A stretch of 64,000 nucleotides of DNA from NCBI GenBank assembly GCA_040357565.1, contig JBDODJ010000010.1. The stretch is one strand, 5' to 3'. The notes under the pieces are model-generated. The model did no database searches. It saw only the letters and a list, made by a program, of their open reading frames with translations, and was not told where the DNA came from. Both the position numbers and the translations under genes were made by a program. Source of the DNA: Cercozoa sp. M6MM. Its lineage: Eukaryota > Protista > Endomyxa: Ascetosporea. How positions within the stretch are numbered: position 1 is the stretch's first letter; the number at the start of each line of letters is the position of its first letter. Shown here piece by piece: positions 37,801 to 54,114 of the stretch.

Positions 37801-40800
37801 GCAAGACAATTTGAAGGAAAGTCAAGTCACAGGTTTTCTCGCTCAACTCCGCGCCACTAAAATTGTAGTTCCACAGACAGTAAAACCCACTTAAAGTCAC
37901 TGTAAAGCGGCCGTACCTCGCAAGGACGCCGCCACGCTTCGGGAGGGAACCGTTCAAGCCAAGAGCTGTGCTTCGATTTCTTGGGGAAGTGCCCAAGCAA
38001 TGCTTGTTCCCCTACCTCAAAATGCGGATCGCGGAATCGTTCCTCTTTTCCCAGTGTCATTGCAATCTTAAGTGCTTCATCCTCGGTTGATACCTAAAAC
38101 CAAGAACATCCAACGTATCGAAAAACAGAGGAGATGTAATCGGTCAATACAAATAGTATATTTCAACTCACGACAATCTTTGACGAGCCACGGCGGGTTT
38201 CTCGGGAAGAAGGCACGGGAACAGGTTCGCCTCCAGTCTGCAAGCAGGTTCACGACATGTACGCCAAACCAAAAAAAAAGAGTAGCTTCGCTAAGTAAAT
38301 CATCGACATCGTACCAGAAAGGGTACTACCAAAATTGTATTTTAAGTTTGTATAAATTTTACTGTTTGATGGCGTTCTTGCTCTTCCTTCTCTCGCCATG
38401 CCCGCTGTTGTCTATCCCATTCCTCTTTTTCGCGTCTCTCCTGTTCATCTGTTTCAAATTTCTCAGTTCTTCTTTCTCGCGTCTCTCGCGCTCTTGCCTC
38501 TCGCGCTTTTGCCTCTCGCGCTTTTGCCTCTCGCGCTTTTGCCTCTCGCGCTCTTGCCTCTCGCGCGCCATTCGTTCTTGTCGCTCCCTCTCTAGACGGG
38601 CATTTGCCTCAAGTTCCTAAACGTGCGAAAGACCTACTTGCGAATTTGCAAAAGCTACTCAAGGTTGTTCAACTCACGAGTTTCTCGCGTTCTTCGCGAA
38701 CACGCTGCGCAGCAAGCCACTGTCTCTCCGCCTCTTTCTCCTGAGATCACAAGATTAATTTCGAACCGTGCAAGTTTTTCTCCAAGCGACAGTGAATTGA
38801 GTGAAAGCACCCGCTCTTCTTGTTGTTTTCGGAGTTCCTCTTGTCGCTGACGCTTCATCTCTAACTGTACCTGTCGTGCAGCTTCCGACTCACGCTCAGC
38901 TTCTTCTCTCTAAACATATTAGCACTTCGCAACTGAATACACAAAGCATGTGGGACAACGAGAAAACCTGTCGACGAAGCATCTCTTGGCGCTGTTCCTG
39001 CATTATTAATTTACGCCATCGAACTTCCTGAGGGACCATATCCACAATCATAAAGTTGAAGTGAAAACCTCAAGTCGCTGTGCTTGTTTGGCTGCTTCTT
39101 CTGCCTCTTTCTGTCCAAACCACGTAAACTTATTTTAACAACATCATCCAAGACAAACGGCGAAAATAACTCAACCTGCTTGCGAAGTGCCTCTGCATGT
39201 TTGAGTTCAATCCGGAGCCTTTCTTCTTCTTGCTTGCGCGTCTCTTCTTGTTGTTGGGCAGCCTCCCTCTCCCGCTCCGCTTGTTCATTCTATCTTTTTG
39301 TTCGCCGAGTGGCAAGGACAACGTCAAGAATAAAATCAATTCACCTGAGATCGAAGCTCTTCGCGTCGCTTTTGCTACAAGATACGGACCGTGTCAGTCA
39401 ATCAATATAAAACTGAAGGTCAGTGATCACGACTGTGTACCCGGATACGCTCCAACTCAGCCCGCCTCTGTGCCTCGAGTTCGTCACGCAATCGCTGTTG
39501 TTTTTCTTGCTCGCGGAGGCGTCTCTCTTCAATGAGTCGCTGTTCCTGGGGGGGGGGGGGGTAAGAACACTACCTTGTTAACTGCATTCCAGGGTGGGCT
39601 GCGAACCAGTACATTTTGTTTCTGAGCATAGGCCTGGAGAATGGTTGGTAGGGACGCACGCAACTGCGGATGCTGGCGTAGCACTGAAACAAACAACGCA
39701 CCCAAGGCTCGTGACCACTTTTCAGGAAGATACAGTTGTATCGACTTACGCTCGGTCACGTCAGATTCTGAAAGAGTTACAATGATATCTGACTGCGAAT
39801 CGTTTGCTTCTTGTTCCGTGAGATGCAAGACCGAGCACAGTGCGAGGTGCAACATTTTTAGTTGCTTTTCGCGATTTCGTTTGACACTGGGATAAGAAGC
39901 ACTCTCAACGTTGGGAACAAGTTTAATTTGAATTTGAAATTGTTACGCTTCGAGCAAGTCGAGGTTGACTCTCGCAGTAAAGGCTTTAAAAGTTCAACCA
40001 TAACTCTTTTTCGACGCCCTGGCTGGTACGTTGAAAAAAAAATAACTCACCGTGGTGCCTTTCTGAAAGCAAAGTTGAGAACTTCTCCAGCAGTGCCAAA
40101 CCGAGATACGACGCATCTCTGTCAATACAGTGTTCTTTTGCTTTGGGAATGTCTTCGTTTAACTGCTGAGATGCGAGTTCAAGCCATCCACCGACATTGT
40201 TCGGGACACTTGTGGACACCGCTAACAACACATACCCCAAGGTAAAAGGGCACCAAACAACGTCAATTTTCTCCTGTTGATATATACTCCACGAGTGAAC
40301 TTACTGTACGCGGAAGCCAGGCGAGGAAAGGGCCACGGAGTAGCTTTCCAAAGTGCCTACATTCAGAACTGGTCCAACCGCATCAAACATTGGCATTCTG
40401 ACGTCGTAGTTTACCTTGTGCGCCAGCTTAGCTGAAGCGAAATCGATGGAACTGTTGTCGGCATTGGGCTGCACGACGCATACCCAAACACCCGTGTCTG
40501 CGCGTACACTGGAACTAGAATTCTCACACTCGGCAGTTGTACTAGCACAGGTGTCGTCCTCAAGCGGCGACGATGTGACTCGCTTGTTCTCGACTTCGCC
40601 TTGTCCCACCTTGGCGAGTGCATTTTGGATGAACGCGTCGAGTCTCTGGGCGATCTTTCGCGATGCGAGGGCTTCGCCCAGCTGCTTTCGTTGGCGCCAC
40701 AGATTTTGGACAACCAACACAGCAGTGACAGCAACAGTCGAGGAGGAAACACAAATGCCGATCCAAGATGAAGTAAATTGGAGGGCTGCGACGTTTCCCC

Positions 40801-42855
40801 AGACAACTGAGTCCAATTTAGAAATCGCACCCAGGCCTTGTCTCATTTTTAAAGCACGAAAGCATGATGGGAAGATATATTTTACAAGCAGAAGCGAAGG
40901 CAGCGAGCAGTAAAAGAGGCGGACGATTAAAAGAGTGAAGGTTTCCTTTGTGGTCGCGGGAGTAGACTGGGAGCAAGTATGTCCCCACTGTCACTTTTTT
41001 CTGGAAACAAACAAAGCACTCGATGTTCGAGTTGATATCGATGCTATCCTGTACAATTCATGATCAGTTACCGACTTTAACGACAAAAATTGCTGAAGTG
41101 CGAGAGCACTGAAAGCACTAAAAAGTGCAGCACACACCAGCGAGAACGCCCCAAAGTATTGCTTTGATGCTGCCGGTTTCAAAAAGCGCAGAACAAGTGC
41201 ATCTTCCATCTATCTGCATAGTCTACTACCTTGAGGAAGAGTCTGTCAATTTACCCAGTAAAGCAACGACTCCTGCAACAAGCACCAGTGCAAGGGCCGA
41301 CAGCGTCACAGTTCGTCTGCACAGCTGTCCAACGTACTATCTGAGCGCAACTGAAAGGATGACCAACCTGCGACGGGTGGACCAACACAGTCGCAATGCC
41401 TCAGGCTCAAACGCGAACAAAGAGCGAAGATTTCCATCATCATACTTTTTCCATACCTAATGCAATGACAGGGATTGTTTAAAGTAAATGTAAAATGGCG
41501 ACTGCACCAAGATGTAAATTGAAAATCAAAGCGGTGATACAAAAAAGAAAGCGCCTGCGGCGAAAACGTAAGACGAAGGAACAAGCAACGACCACAGTGA
41601 CAGACCGCCTGGGAGAGCAACAATCACGGACAGTCCCGCTACAGACATGAGGATGTTGACTTGTATTTAATTTCCACATTGGTTGCCTCAGTGGCTCACA
41701 CGTTTTTTGCGCGGAAAACGTCCATCAAGGAAAGGTTAGGATTACCCAGTGACAAAACTGCCAAGGCCAGCGAAACCTTGACCGACGCATCCACAGCGAA
41801 TGTCTGGAACCCTGCGACATAAAAAACAGTACAAATAAAACTCAATTTAGCTACGTAAGCAATCATGGTACATTTTATTGTTTAATTGTAAACTTACATT
41901 CGTTCATTGGAAGAGCAGTGCAAACAAGGCAAAGGAGGGCTAGCGCGATGCTAACGCCAAGCCATGAGTTGGAAGCCTAAAATTGAATAGATTGTTTGAA
42001 TTAAGTGTCAGTGATAGGCGACGTTTAGATTTTGATATAGCTCCGAGGCATAGGTAGTAAATTACAGCTAAACTGACTGCTAACAGCTATAAACCATGCA
42101 TATTACTTGTATATGTGTATTTGTATAGTCAGTGGCTGTTTATGTACCCCTGCGAAGGTGCACAACGAAGCAAGTGACACTGTCAGAGCACCGAGGACCT
42201 CACTATCGCGATCCGTCAACAGTGCCTCCTCGTCGCGAACGGTTGTGGGATCAAATTCGTTCTCTTCATTTGGTGCAACGCGCTTTCTAATGCGCCTACG
42301 AATCCACTTGCGACAGTCCCCAAAGCGCAAACAGGGGGTTTTCAGTGCCCGACCGAAGGCTCGAAGTCCCAGGCTCACGGTGAACACTTCAAACCAGACG
42401 TAATCGGCAGCCCTGTAGCGGTGGAAACCCAGAGCGAAGCTCATGAAGCACAGCGGCATTGTAAAACACGCACACATGACAATGCGCGATTCAGTAGCCC
42501 AATAGAGCAAGCCACCGGTCCCAGCAGCGAGCAGCAATGAAACGGCGGCCGCAACCAACACGCTTCGTTTTAACAGGCCGTCGCTGCGTTGGAACAGACG
42601 CCACTGTGCTTGCCCTGCCATTACAGCTATGACAAAGGCACCGACCAGCACCCCGACCTCTGCTTGCTGGTGTGGTTCTTCCAGGCGAACTAGAAACCAC
42701 GTAATTTCCGCGTCCGCATACTAAGACAGCCATCAGGTCAAACATCATATTTCGCAAAAATTCTCGGTACGTATGCTGCGAAGATAGAATCGACAGCCAG
42801 AAAAACGCAAACTAGAACGAATAGCGTTACCTACACACATACACACACACACACA

Positions 42856-42887
<32 letters not shown>

Positions 42888-44793
42888 TACACACCCTCTC
42901 CCCCATCTCAAACACTACCAAAAGGGTAATGCGTCTCTTGTCGACTGACAGCTTTTGAACGGGAACTAAGGGCTCTTCATCGACTTCAGCCTCTTGTTCG
43001 TCAACCGATTCATTCTTATCTTCGCTTTCGACATCAGACTCTTCCTTTTCTTCTTCGTCGTCGAGTTGCTGCTGTTTTCGTCGTTCGTTGGCGAGGAATG
43101 TCATCCTTTGCTCAAATGCCACCGGGTCGGCTTTCATCTCTCTAACTCGCACCAGTACATGACATACAAAGCCCAACACACCCAACCGGCAATTATAGAG
43201 AGCAAAGTACTCAAGTCGATCGAGAATCCGAAGGAAAAACAGTTGTTTGCGCCTTCGTGCTTTGCTGCTGACAGAGCGGTGTGCCATTGCGATGTCTTCA
43301 CTTAAGGGGAGGCTTTGTGCCACCAAAGCAACTCCTAAACCACATGTATGAGACACCTTAAAGAAATATCGCATGCATGGCGTGAAGTCGCTGTGATACC
43401 TAGGTACAACAGTAGGCAACAAGCTGCAGCTGCGTGTCCGAGAAACCAAAACCGCTCACCGCTTGCGATCAAGTACGCGCGCGCCGACAGCAGCGTCAAA
43501 CCAGCACCTAAGGCAGAAGTGCGAGCTGAATACCAACGCGTTCGAACAGCGATCAAGCTATCAAGCAGTGATAGCACAAGTATTTGCCACAAGCCAAGGT
43601 ATTTTGAGTCGCTGTCTGCCTGCTTTGCCACGACGGCTGCGTAAGTTGAGAGGAGAGCAATGTGCGCGCACAGAAAAAACACGAGCAGCAACGACTTTTG
43701 CTTTCGCGAGGCGATGTTTAATTTGCTAGCGACAACGATCTCAGTCATTCCGAGCCTTTTTAGCTCACCCTGGGAACAGCAGTGAGCATTATAACGACCG
43801 GGAAAAGTGACATCGGGAAGAGAAACAAAAGTCAGAAGAAACCAGTGTTTCTTTCTTCATAGTGTGTGCTTCCTCCGTATTGGAGAAGTTAAAAGTGAGA
43901 TAGACAAGCATCAATAATGGAAGCGCGTCGGCGGCTAACAAATAACAATTTAGTGAAAAATATCATGTGAACAAAAGAGATTACAATGCACAACATAAAA
44001 TCTCTGCTACCGTAGAACACGGCCGAACACGCAACGAAAGAGCTGGGGCGAGCACATAATTTAATAAAAACTGAACGCCTTCCAAATGAGTTCTGTTTTT
44101 ACACGGAGAAAATCGGCAAACTTACAATGGCTTCAAATTTGCGACGACAGCGACTGGACACAGCAAAACTAGAGTAGCTGCAGTAAAGGTACATGTCGCG
44201 ACCACTTTGTCACCTAAAGAAAGCCCATCTCACTTCTTCATTTTTACTAGTTAATTTTTACCTCTGTATCCTTGGTGCTGAAAACGGTGCAGAGCAAACA
44301 TAAACAGCGCCGGCACCTCAGTGAGAGTGAGTGCGACCGCTGCCAACTCTTTTGGCGGAAAATTTAGTTCATGAAGGCGAGGACCAGGTGAAGCACAATC
44401 AACTTGAAATAAAAGGAATTAACCTATTGAGTGAGAAGACAGGAGAATGCTCATGACGACGCCGACAACCAATGGTGCCACCATGCAAGCCAATCCCAGC
44501 ACTACAGGTATGCAGAGAAGTCGCTCTTTCCAAGCCTGCATCGCCGAAAGAGGAAATAGTGCAAGGGAACTTGCTGTTATCATGCAAGTGGATCGTCGGC
44601 TAAAGTGCACCTTCTTCTTTGCAGTCTCGTGCGAGAACGAGCTCCATATGCGTCGCGGCAAAGCGTCAAAGTGCCCACCAGTAATCCAGGTCATGACGGC
44701 ACCCAAAATTAGTGTTGGAAAAAAAACACCAGCGGCGAGTGCGACATCTCCTGCCGCGCCTTCGACCAGCACAACAGTGGATCCCGTTGACAT
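34851..44793 (-). CDS. DEK1-like multi-transmembrane (TML) calpain: TM region, charged coiled coil, CysPc, C2-like domain
   Basis: DIKQGIIGDCWLLS, LLEKAWAKLYGSY..IEGG, DLTGG, LGAGSPSGSD..GIVQGHAYAILQVREVDGHRLIQLKNPW, TAGGCTNY..QNPHY, STFHP; many hydrophobic exons 40300-44790. Continuity of the TM part was not checked junction by junction. Confidence 0.8.
37060..37470. repeat. (TACA)n/(CA)n compound microsatellite in a calpain intron
   Basis: Direct observation. Confidence 0.95.
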
Positions 44794-45150
44794 GTGCAGG
44801 GACGAGGTCCAGATGCACACTAGACTCCTGCTCTACGTCGGAGACCGCAGACACGAAGTCCACGGGTTTATCACATTCGCTGGGCATCCGGGCGGATCCC
44901 TGGTATCAGGCAAGAAACTACTAAAAACTACTGTATCTTTAAATTATAGATATAAAAAAGTGCCTCTGGTTTTTTCGAAAACGAAAATTAAACAAAGTCA
45001 CGTGGCTCATTTGCACCGTTCTGACGGCTCAGGTGCGTGTTTGCAGTCTGTAAGGTAGTATCCTTCACATACCAGCATCAACGGCGCGCGATACATTGAA
45101 AAACTTTTTGTCCAATCCTTGCCTTCTGACAGGACACAAGCAGCCGAACG

Positions 45151-48300
<3,150 letters not shown>

Positions 48301-48505
48301 GTCGCGACGCGATTGGACTTGACGACGCGAGTTACCGTCGTACTAGTTCCGGTTATAGGTCTCGGGCCGACCACATTCCACCCGGGCCGTTACCTCCCGT
48401 CGACGTGGGTGACTCATGATCGTCGCGTATCCGTCGTACCCTTAGTTAGTTTTCTAAAATACGTCCGGTCTTCAGTCGTGCCGGCGCGGCGGCACGGGCA
48501 GTCGA

Positions 48506-48590
48506 GTCGAGGTCGGAGAATTGCGTCAGTTGTTCGCGCGTGCAGTCGAGGTCGGAAAATTATGGCGTCAGTTGTTCGCGCGTGCAGTCG
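48506..48590. repeat. ~40-bp imperfect direct duplication downstream of CCT7
   Basis: agtcgaggtcgga(g/a)aatt..gcgtcagttgttcgcgcgtgc x2. Confidence 0.75.
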
Positions 48591-49026
48591 GCGTCGCACG
48601 AGGCGAGTCTGTCGTCAACTCGGCGCAGCAAGTCGAAGTCGACCTCCAGGGTAGGGGTGGGCCAGGCTCGGTGGTGTCGCAGAAGATTGCTATCTGCCTG
48701 AATTCTTGTTGCTGTGCTTCCTTCAGGCATTCGAGTAATGCTACTTTTCCGCGTCGTTCGGACTGTACACTGTTCTGTTACCGCAGCCCTCTCAGATAGG
48801 GACCAGGCCTTGGTAAATTAAGGGTAAGTTACTTTGCCAGTGATACAAAAAAAAAACTAAGGAACGAAAGAAAGTCTGTTCTTGGAGGGAGAGAGTAAGT
48901 TGACGGTCAGTTGGGCGGCGAAGCACTGGTTGGTGGACGGGGAAGTCACTCGTCAGATGTTTATTGAGTTGGCGTGAAGTAAAAAGGAAAGAAGGGCGCT
49001 GGAAAGGCTGAGGAGAATTTTACCTG

Positions 49027-50025
49027 GTCAAGAGAGACCTTCTTTGAGTTCAGCTGCCGGCGAACACACGTCAAAATCTTCCACATCTCTCTTGAGGTAT
49101 TTTGTCAGTCTTAAGGTTTGCTTCCGCGCGGACACAGTAGTCCAGTTGCGTTCTTTAGTAAAGTGACTACACTGGAATACACTCACTTAGAGCAGCTAAG
49201 ACAAAAGAAAACCCCTCGACATAGTTAGTTACGTTAGTGTTCAGTCTGCATTTCGTGACATGGCTTCAACGAGACAAACGTACTGCTGCAGCAGCGAGCG
49301 GATCTGCGCATCCTGCTGCAGGGCGAGCTGTGTTTTTCTTCGCACTTGCTCCTCCAGTCTGCAATTGCGTTGAACGTGTGCAGGGCACAGGAGGAAACGA
49401 AAGGACTTGAGCACCTGCTCAGACGTTGCTCACTGACCAGCAAGTCACTCACTTTCTCTTCGTCCAGCGCTGGAGAAAACACAAAAGTAAAAACAGAAAA
49501 TCACATGGCACCAGAACAAGGCACACCAGCAGCGAGTTGTATGACTAATTCCAAATCCTCAGACTGCTTCAGCAACTGCTCGCCGAATTTCTCGCCCTTT
49601 TTCAAGTTATTAGTTCTGTGCAATATACGACAGGGTTCATGCAGTTCCGCCTGCAAAAAACCAAACAAACCGTTCTTGGAAGACGCGCCTGGCATCGCAT
49701 TCCTCGTGCAGTCGCAACACAGGCGCGAGTGTATCGACTGAGCGTGCGAAATAAACCGCCATACACTTATCGAACAACAACAAGACAGTGTACACTCGGC
49801 AGCGGTCTTTCGGACGGCGATAGAATTAGCCAAAGGTGCTTCCTCGGTAACCTGCCACAGCAACGACGACAACGAAGCCCCCGATGCCTCTAGCGTCAAT
49901 TCCACTGTACAAACAAGCGTGTACTAAGCCATGATACAATCCGTTTGCTTTATGGTACACTTGTCGGTCTCGCAAAGCGCACGTTCGAGCAAAGATACAC
50001 GTTTCTCCAACTCATGCAGAACCAT
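49027..50025 (-). CDS. Hypothetical coiled-coil protein
   Basis: MVLHELEKRVSLLERAL, FGEQLLKQSEDLELV, QQDAQIRSLLQQY in GT-AG-bounded exons; ends uncertain. Confidence 0.4.
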
Positions 50026-50237
50026 GGCGTTCTTGTCATTACTTTGTGACATTGAATTACCGACGTGAACACATGTAATACTGTGTTATCACACACCTAC
50101 GCGGAGCTTTCTGTGCAGATGATAAGGTCCAGTACAAAAGTTCATAGCTTCACTCCCTTAACGAAATTGCCAGTACAGTACTGGGTGCTTCGTGCTGGGC
50201 TGCCGGCAGTACAGTAAAGTAGCTATAGCGTGTTGTT

Positions 50238-51806
50238 GTGCTGAGTGAATTTACTGGGCGGGCATTGTATGACCACGCCGCGCAAGGGCCTTGGGTAGAT
50301 TTCTCTAGTGGAGAATACAATATCAATATAATAGAAGCATACCATGCTTGCAGGTACCTGTGGCAAAACAAGGTGCTTGGGAGTGCCGTGGACCAGTCTC
50401 TAGCATGTCACTTCACCCGATCGGTGCTCTAGAATCTTTGCTCTGTTTGTGTATGAGTTTTTCGTCTTGTTTTGTGAGCAGGAAGAGGATCAGTTGCTTC
50501 TGCGGCAGGGACGGCGCTTTCGCATCATGTCGACGCGAGCACATCAGGTAGCTCTTGTTGCAAACAAAGCTTTCTCTAACTCTTTGTTGGGATATATCTT
50601 GGCACATGTGCAGACGAGGCCCCTCCGTGTTGAGTTTGAATTCTCGGTCGAGGTAGACTCACCCCTTTCCCGTTACCCTCGTTTGAATTGTTGTTTTTGT
50701 TACTGCCTTTGATCTCTGTACTGTACAGGCCATGCCGCAACAGTGCTGCTGCGTGCGACGCAAAAAGAACGAAACCGACGCCTTGGCGCTGTTGTGTGAC
50801 GATCAGCTTTTGTACACTCGTTTACCCATATTCCTTCCTTTACCCTCGTTACTCCGGTGTCGCAGTGTCATCGAGTATGATCGCGAACGCCACGCGATCC
50901 GTACAGTGCTGCAGCGAACACTGGCTTTGGATAAGGTCCTTTAAATCAGTACTTCTTTATCCAATGACGAACCTCAAGTCCCTTGACCCTCACAGGAGGA
51001 TGCGCTGTCGAACCAGTACCCCGAATTCGCCCCCGAAGGTACCTTTTCCGCGTGTTCCATTACCTTTTCCTCGCTTGTTACGCTGCCCTTCCCTCTTTTA
51101 CCTCTCGCACAGATATGGAAGATACGACGGTACTATCTGCGGCCAATGGAGTCGTTTGTGCTCGTATCGGTGCCTGTCTCTTCCTGTTGCGTCTTAACGG
51201 TAGTTCTGTCCCGTACTCGTTTTCCCGGTTGCCTTGTGTCATCTCCTTCCCGCTTCTTACCCCCCCCCCCTGTACCTCCCTTATACCTTCTGTCTAGAGG
51301 AAGAACTGCAGCGAGTGCCACTGGCTCATATTGGCATTCGATACGTGAAACATTTGGCACTGCTGCGAGGTGCAGCCGCTGCCTCGGACCCTCTCGTGTA
51401 CTTTACTCTCTCACTTTTTGACCCTCTATCACCTTCCGTCCGCAGGTGCATTTTGGGCGGGGACGCTCCATCCTACGAAGGCCGGCAGGCCATCCAAGGT
51501 GCCTGCATGCGGCTGGTCACAGTGGTATCACCCCTCCCGGCAGACACGCGTGGTCACTCTTGTTAATCTCACCGTGCGCAGTCAGTGTCGGTGACAGGTG
51601 ATGTAGCCCACTTGGGTGACACACGGTATCTTGCCCGCGTTTTTTGCCTCCTAGGATGCTTTACTCCTCATGTTCCCCCTTCTGTATCTATGCAGTGAGA
51701 TTCCCTACGACGCTTTCACTTTCGTGCACCTGCAGGGTAGAATTTTTACCCTAACGCGTCTATAATTTATACCCCGTGTGTATATTCATGCGCATGTGTG
51801 TGTGTG

Positions 51807-51865
<59 letters not shown>

Positions 51866-51875
51866 NNNNNNNNNN

Positions 51876-51924
<49 letters not shown>

Positions 51925-53787
51925 CCGGTATCCTGGTGATGACGCCGAAGGCATTGTTGCTGTGTGCTGCCAGGTAGCCTTTACTCCCAGTTACCCTCCC
52001 TGTTATTTCATGTTTGTCCTTACAGGGGAGGTGACGTGCAGGACGTCCTGTGTCTCCTGGAGAGGTAGGTCCCTTGCGCTGACCGCGTTTGACCCTTTGC
52101 CCCCCTCCTCTTACCTGTCCATATACCCCTGTGAAGTGAATACGAGCGACTTTGCGAGTACACGCAGTTGCCGCTGCGTTTGCTGTCGACACAACCACGT
52201 ACTGCTTTGCTCATCCTGTTTTGCCTCCTATTTTCCTTGTTGCCCCTCCGTTATCTTACCGCCTTGGTACACACTGTTACCTCCTCCAGCACCTGGTGAG
52301 GTGCGCCGCGGAACGCTGTCTCTGCGCGGCGGCGGCATGTGCGCCTCCTCTCCGGCCGATGCCTTGGTGGTAGACTCGTTACCTCCTTTGCCTTTCTCTC
52401 CCTATTCGCCCCTCGTTCCCAGGTTGCAAGCGAAGGACAGGTCTGCGGTGTGGGCGTGCGGCGGCAAGTGATCGTGCTGCACCATGCCACCAACGTAGAC
52501 ACCGGGTGCCTTTCCGACCCCTCTGCTCCTGTTGTCCTCTGGTTATTCTTCTCTGACCGAGGTCTGCACAGTGAGACGTTTACGGCATGTCGTCCAAGTG
52601 ACGTCGCTCTCGTGCAGCGCTACTGCTTCGTATCCATACCTCCCATTTCCCTCTACGCATTGTCCCTATCACCCCTCTGTGCCCGCGTGCAGGTGGCGAG
52701 TCGTACGCAACGATCGATGCTGTTTGAAGTGCAAGTGCCGCAGGAAATAGCGTCGGCGGTACTCCTCATCTTGTTGCCCCTTCGTTTTCATGTTTCCGCT
52801 TTGGGCTTTCCCTACCTGCAGAAGAGGCAGCAGGAGAAACGAGACATTGCCGTCGACGACGCCGACTATGCCGCCATCTTCGGCCGTGTTCAAACCCACG
52901 TGGGGGATACGACTGTTCCTGGCACTGCGGCCGTTACGGCCTCGAACGACATTGTACCGAGTGACACGGGCCGCATGGAGGACGACGGCGAAGCGTTGCT
53001 GAAGGACGAGGCCGGCGTGTCTTTGTTGTCGAGCGACAGTATTCCCTTTGGTACGCAGGGCATTCATTCCCTCAGTTTCCTGTATATTAGCTGTGGTGCT
53101 TTCTTGTAATCTACAGGACACTGGCAGAAACTGTTGACTGCACTGGACAAGCCGCGTACTGTGGTATTGCGTTTGACTCTTCGGCTCCATTGGCCCCATG
53201 CTCACCCTTTTTGCCCTCTGTACCCTCTTTGTTCTTCTTCCGCAGAGTGACACTCACGGCGACTACCGGCGCATCTTTGAAACCGCTGTGCTGCCCGAGA
53301 CTGTAACCTTGTGACCTATCTTGTGCGTGCATAAACAAGCATGTCCGTATGTAGGGTCTGTATATACTCATGTATGTGCCTATGTGGACAGGAAGAGTCG
53401 GATCAGCTGCTGTGCGAGCACGTGGATGACAGTGTATTTCACCTACATCCTTGTCCCTTGCTCCCGCCTCTCGAATCTAATTTATCCTCCCCGAGTCTGT
53501 AGAGACCGCTTAAAATGCAGTGCCGCGCCGTGGATCGACTGGCCGCGCTGTGCCCTCTGCACGCCGGTAGGACCCTCTCCTACCTTGCTTATGCCAGTAT
53601 ACCCGCCTCATGCGAGCAGGTGCCATGGTGAAGGACACGCTCGTGCAGACCGAGGCCGACGAGGACCGATCGATGCCGCCCTGTATCATTCCTCTTTCTG
53701 GAGGGAGCAGATGTGTGTTGAAACGTGTGTTTGTGGGAGAGTTTTATTATGGTTGTGGATGGATCAGGATGTGTGTGATGTGTGTCT

Positions 53788-53840
<53 letters not shown>

Positions 53841-54082
53841 TGTGTATCTGGTGTGTGTGTGTGTGTGTGTGTGTGACAGGCAAGTTGCTGGCGGCCTGCG
53901 GCACCGACGCCGATGCTGCAATGTACCTGTCACAAAATGCTACCAATGCTACTCTTGTTGTCCATGTCGCCCTTACTCCTGTTACCTTCTGTTACGGTTG
54001 GCCTCATCCTGTAGTTGCGAGTTGAGTGGCGCGATCCGCCCGATCATTGACGAGTCCGTCTTGCTAACGGTACACACACGCA

Positions 54083-54114
<32 letters not shown>

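Noticed and set aside
44447-45058. Plus-strand 203-aa ORF with cytochrome b5-like HPGG
   Set aside because: Antisense to the first calpain exon and promoter; the second haem His and rest of the domain are not evident
49027-50025. Dynactin p22/p24 (DCTN3) assignment
   Set aside because: Only generic coiled-coil similarity; C-terminus does not match convincingly
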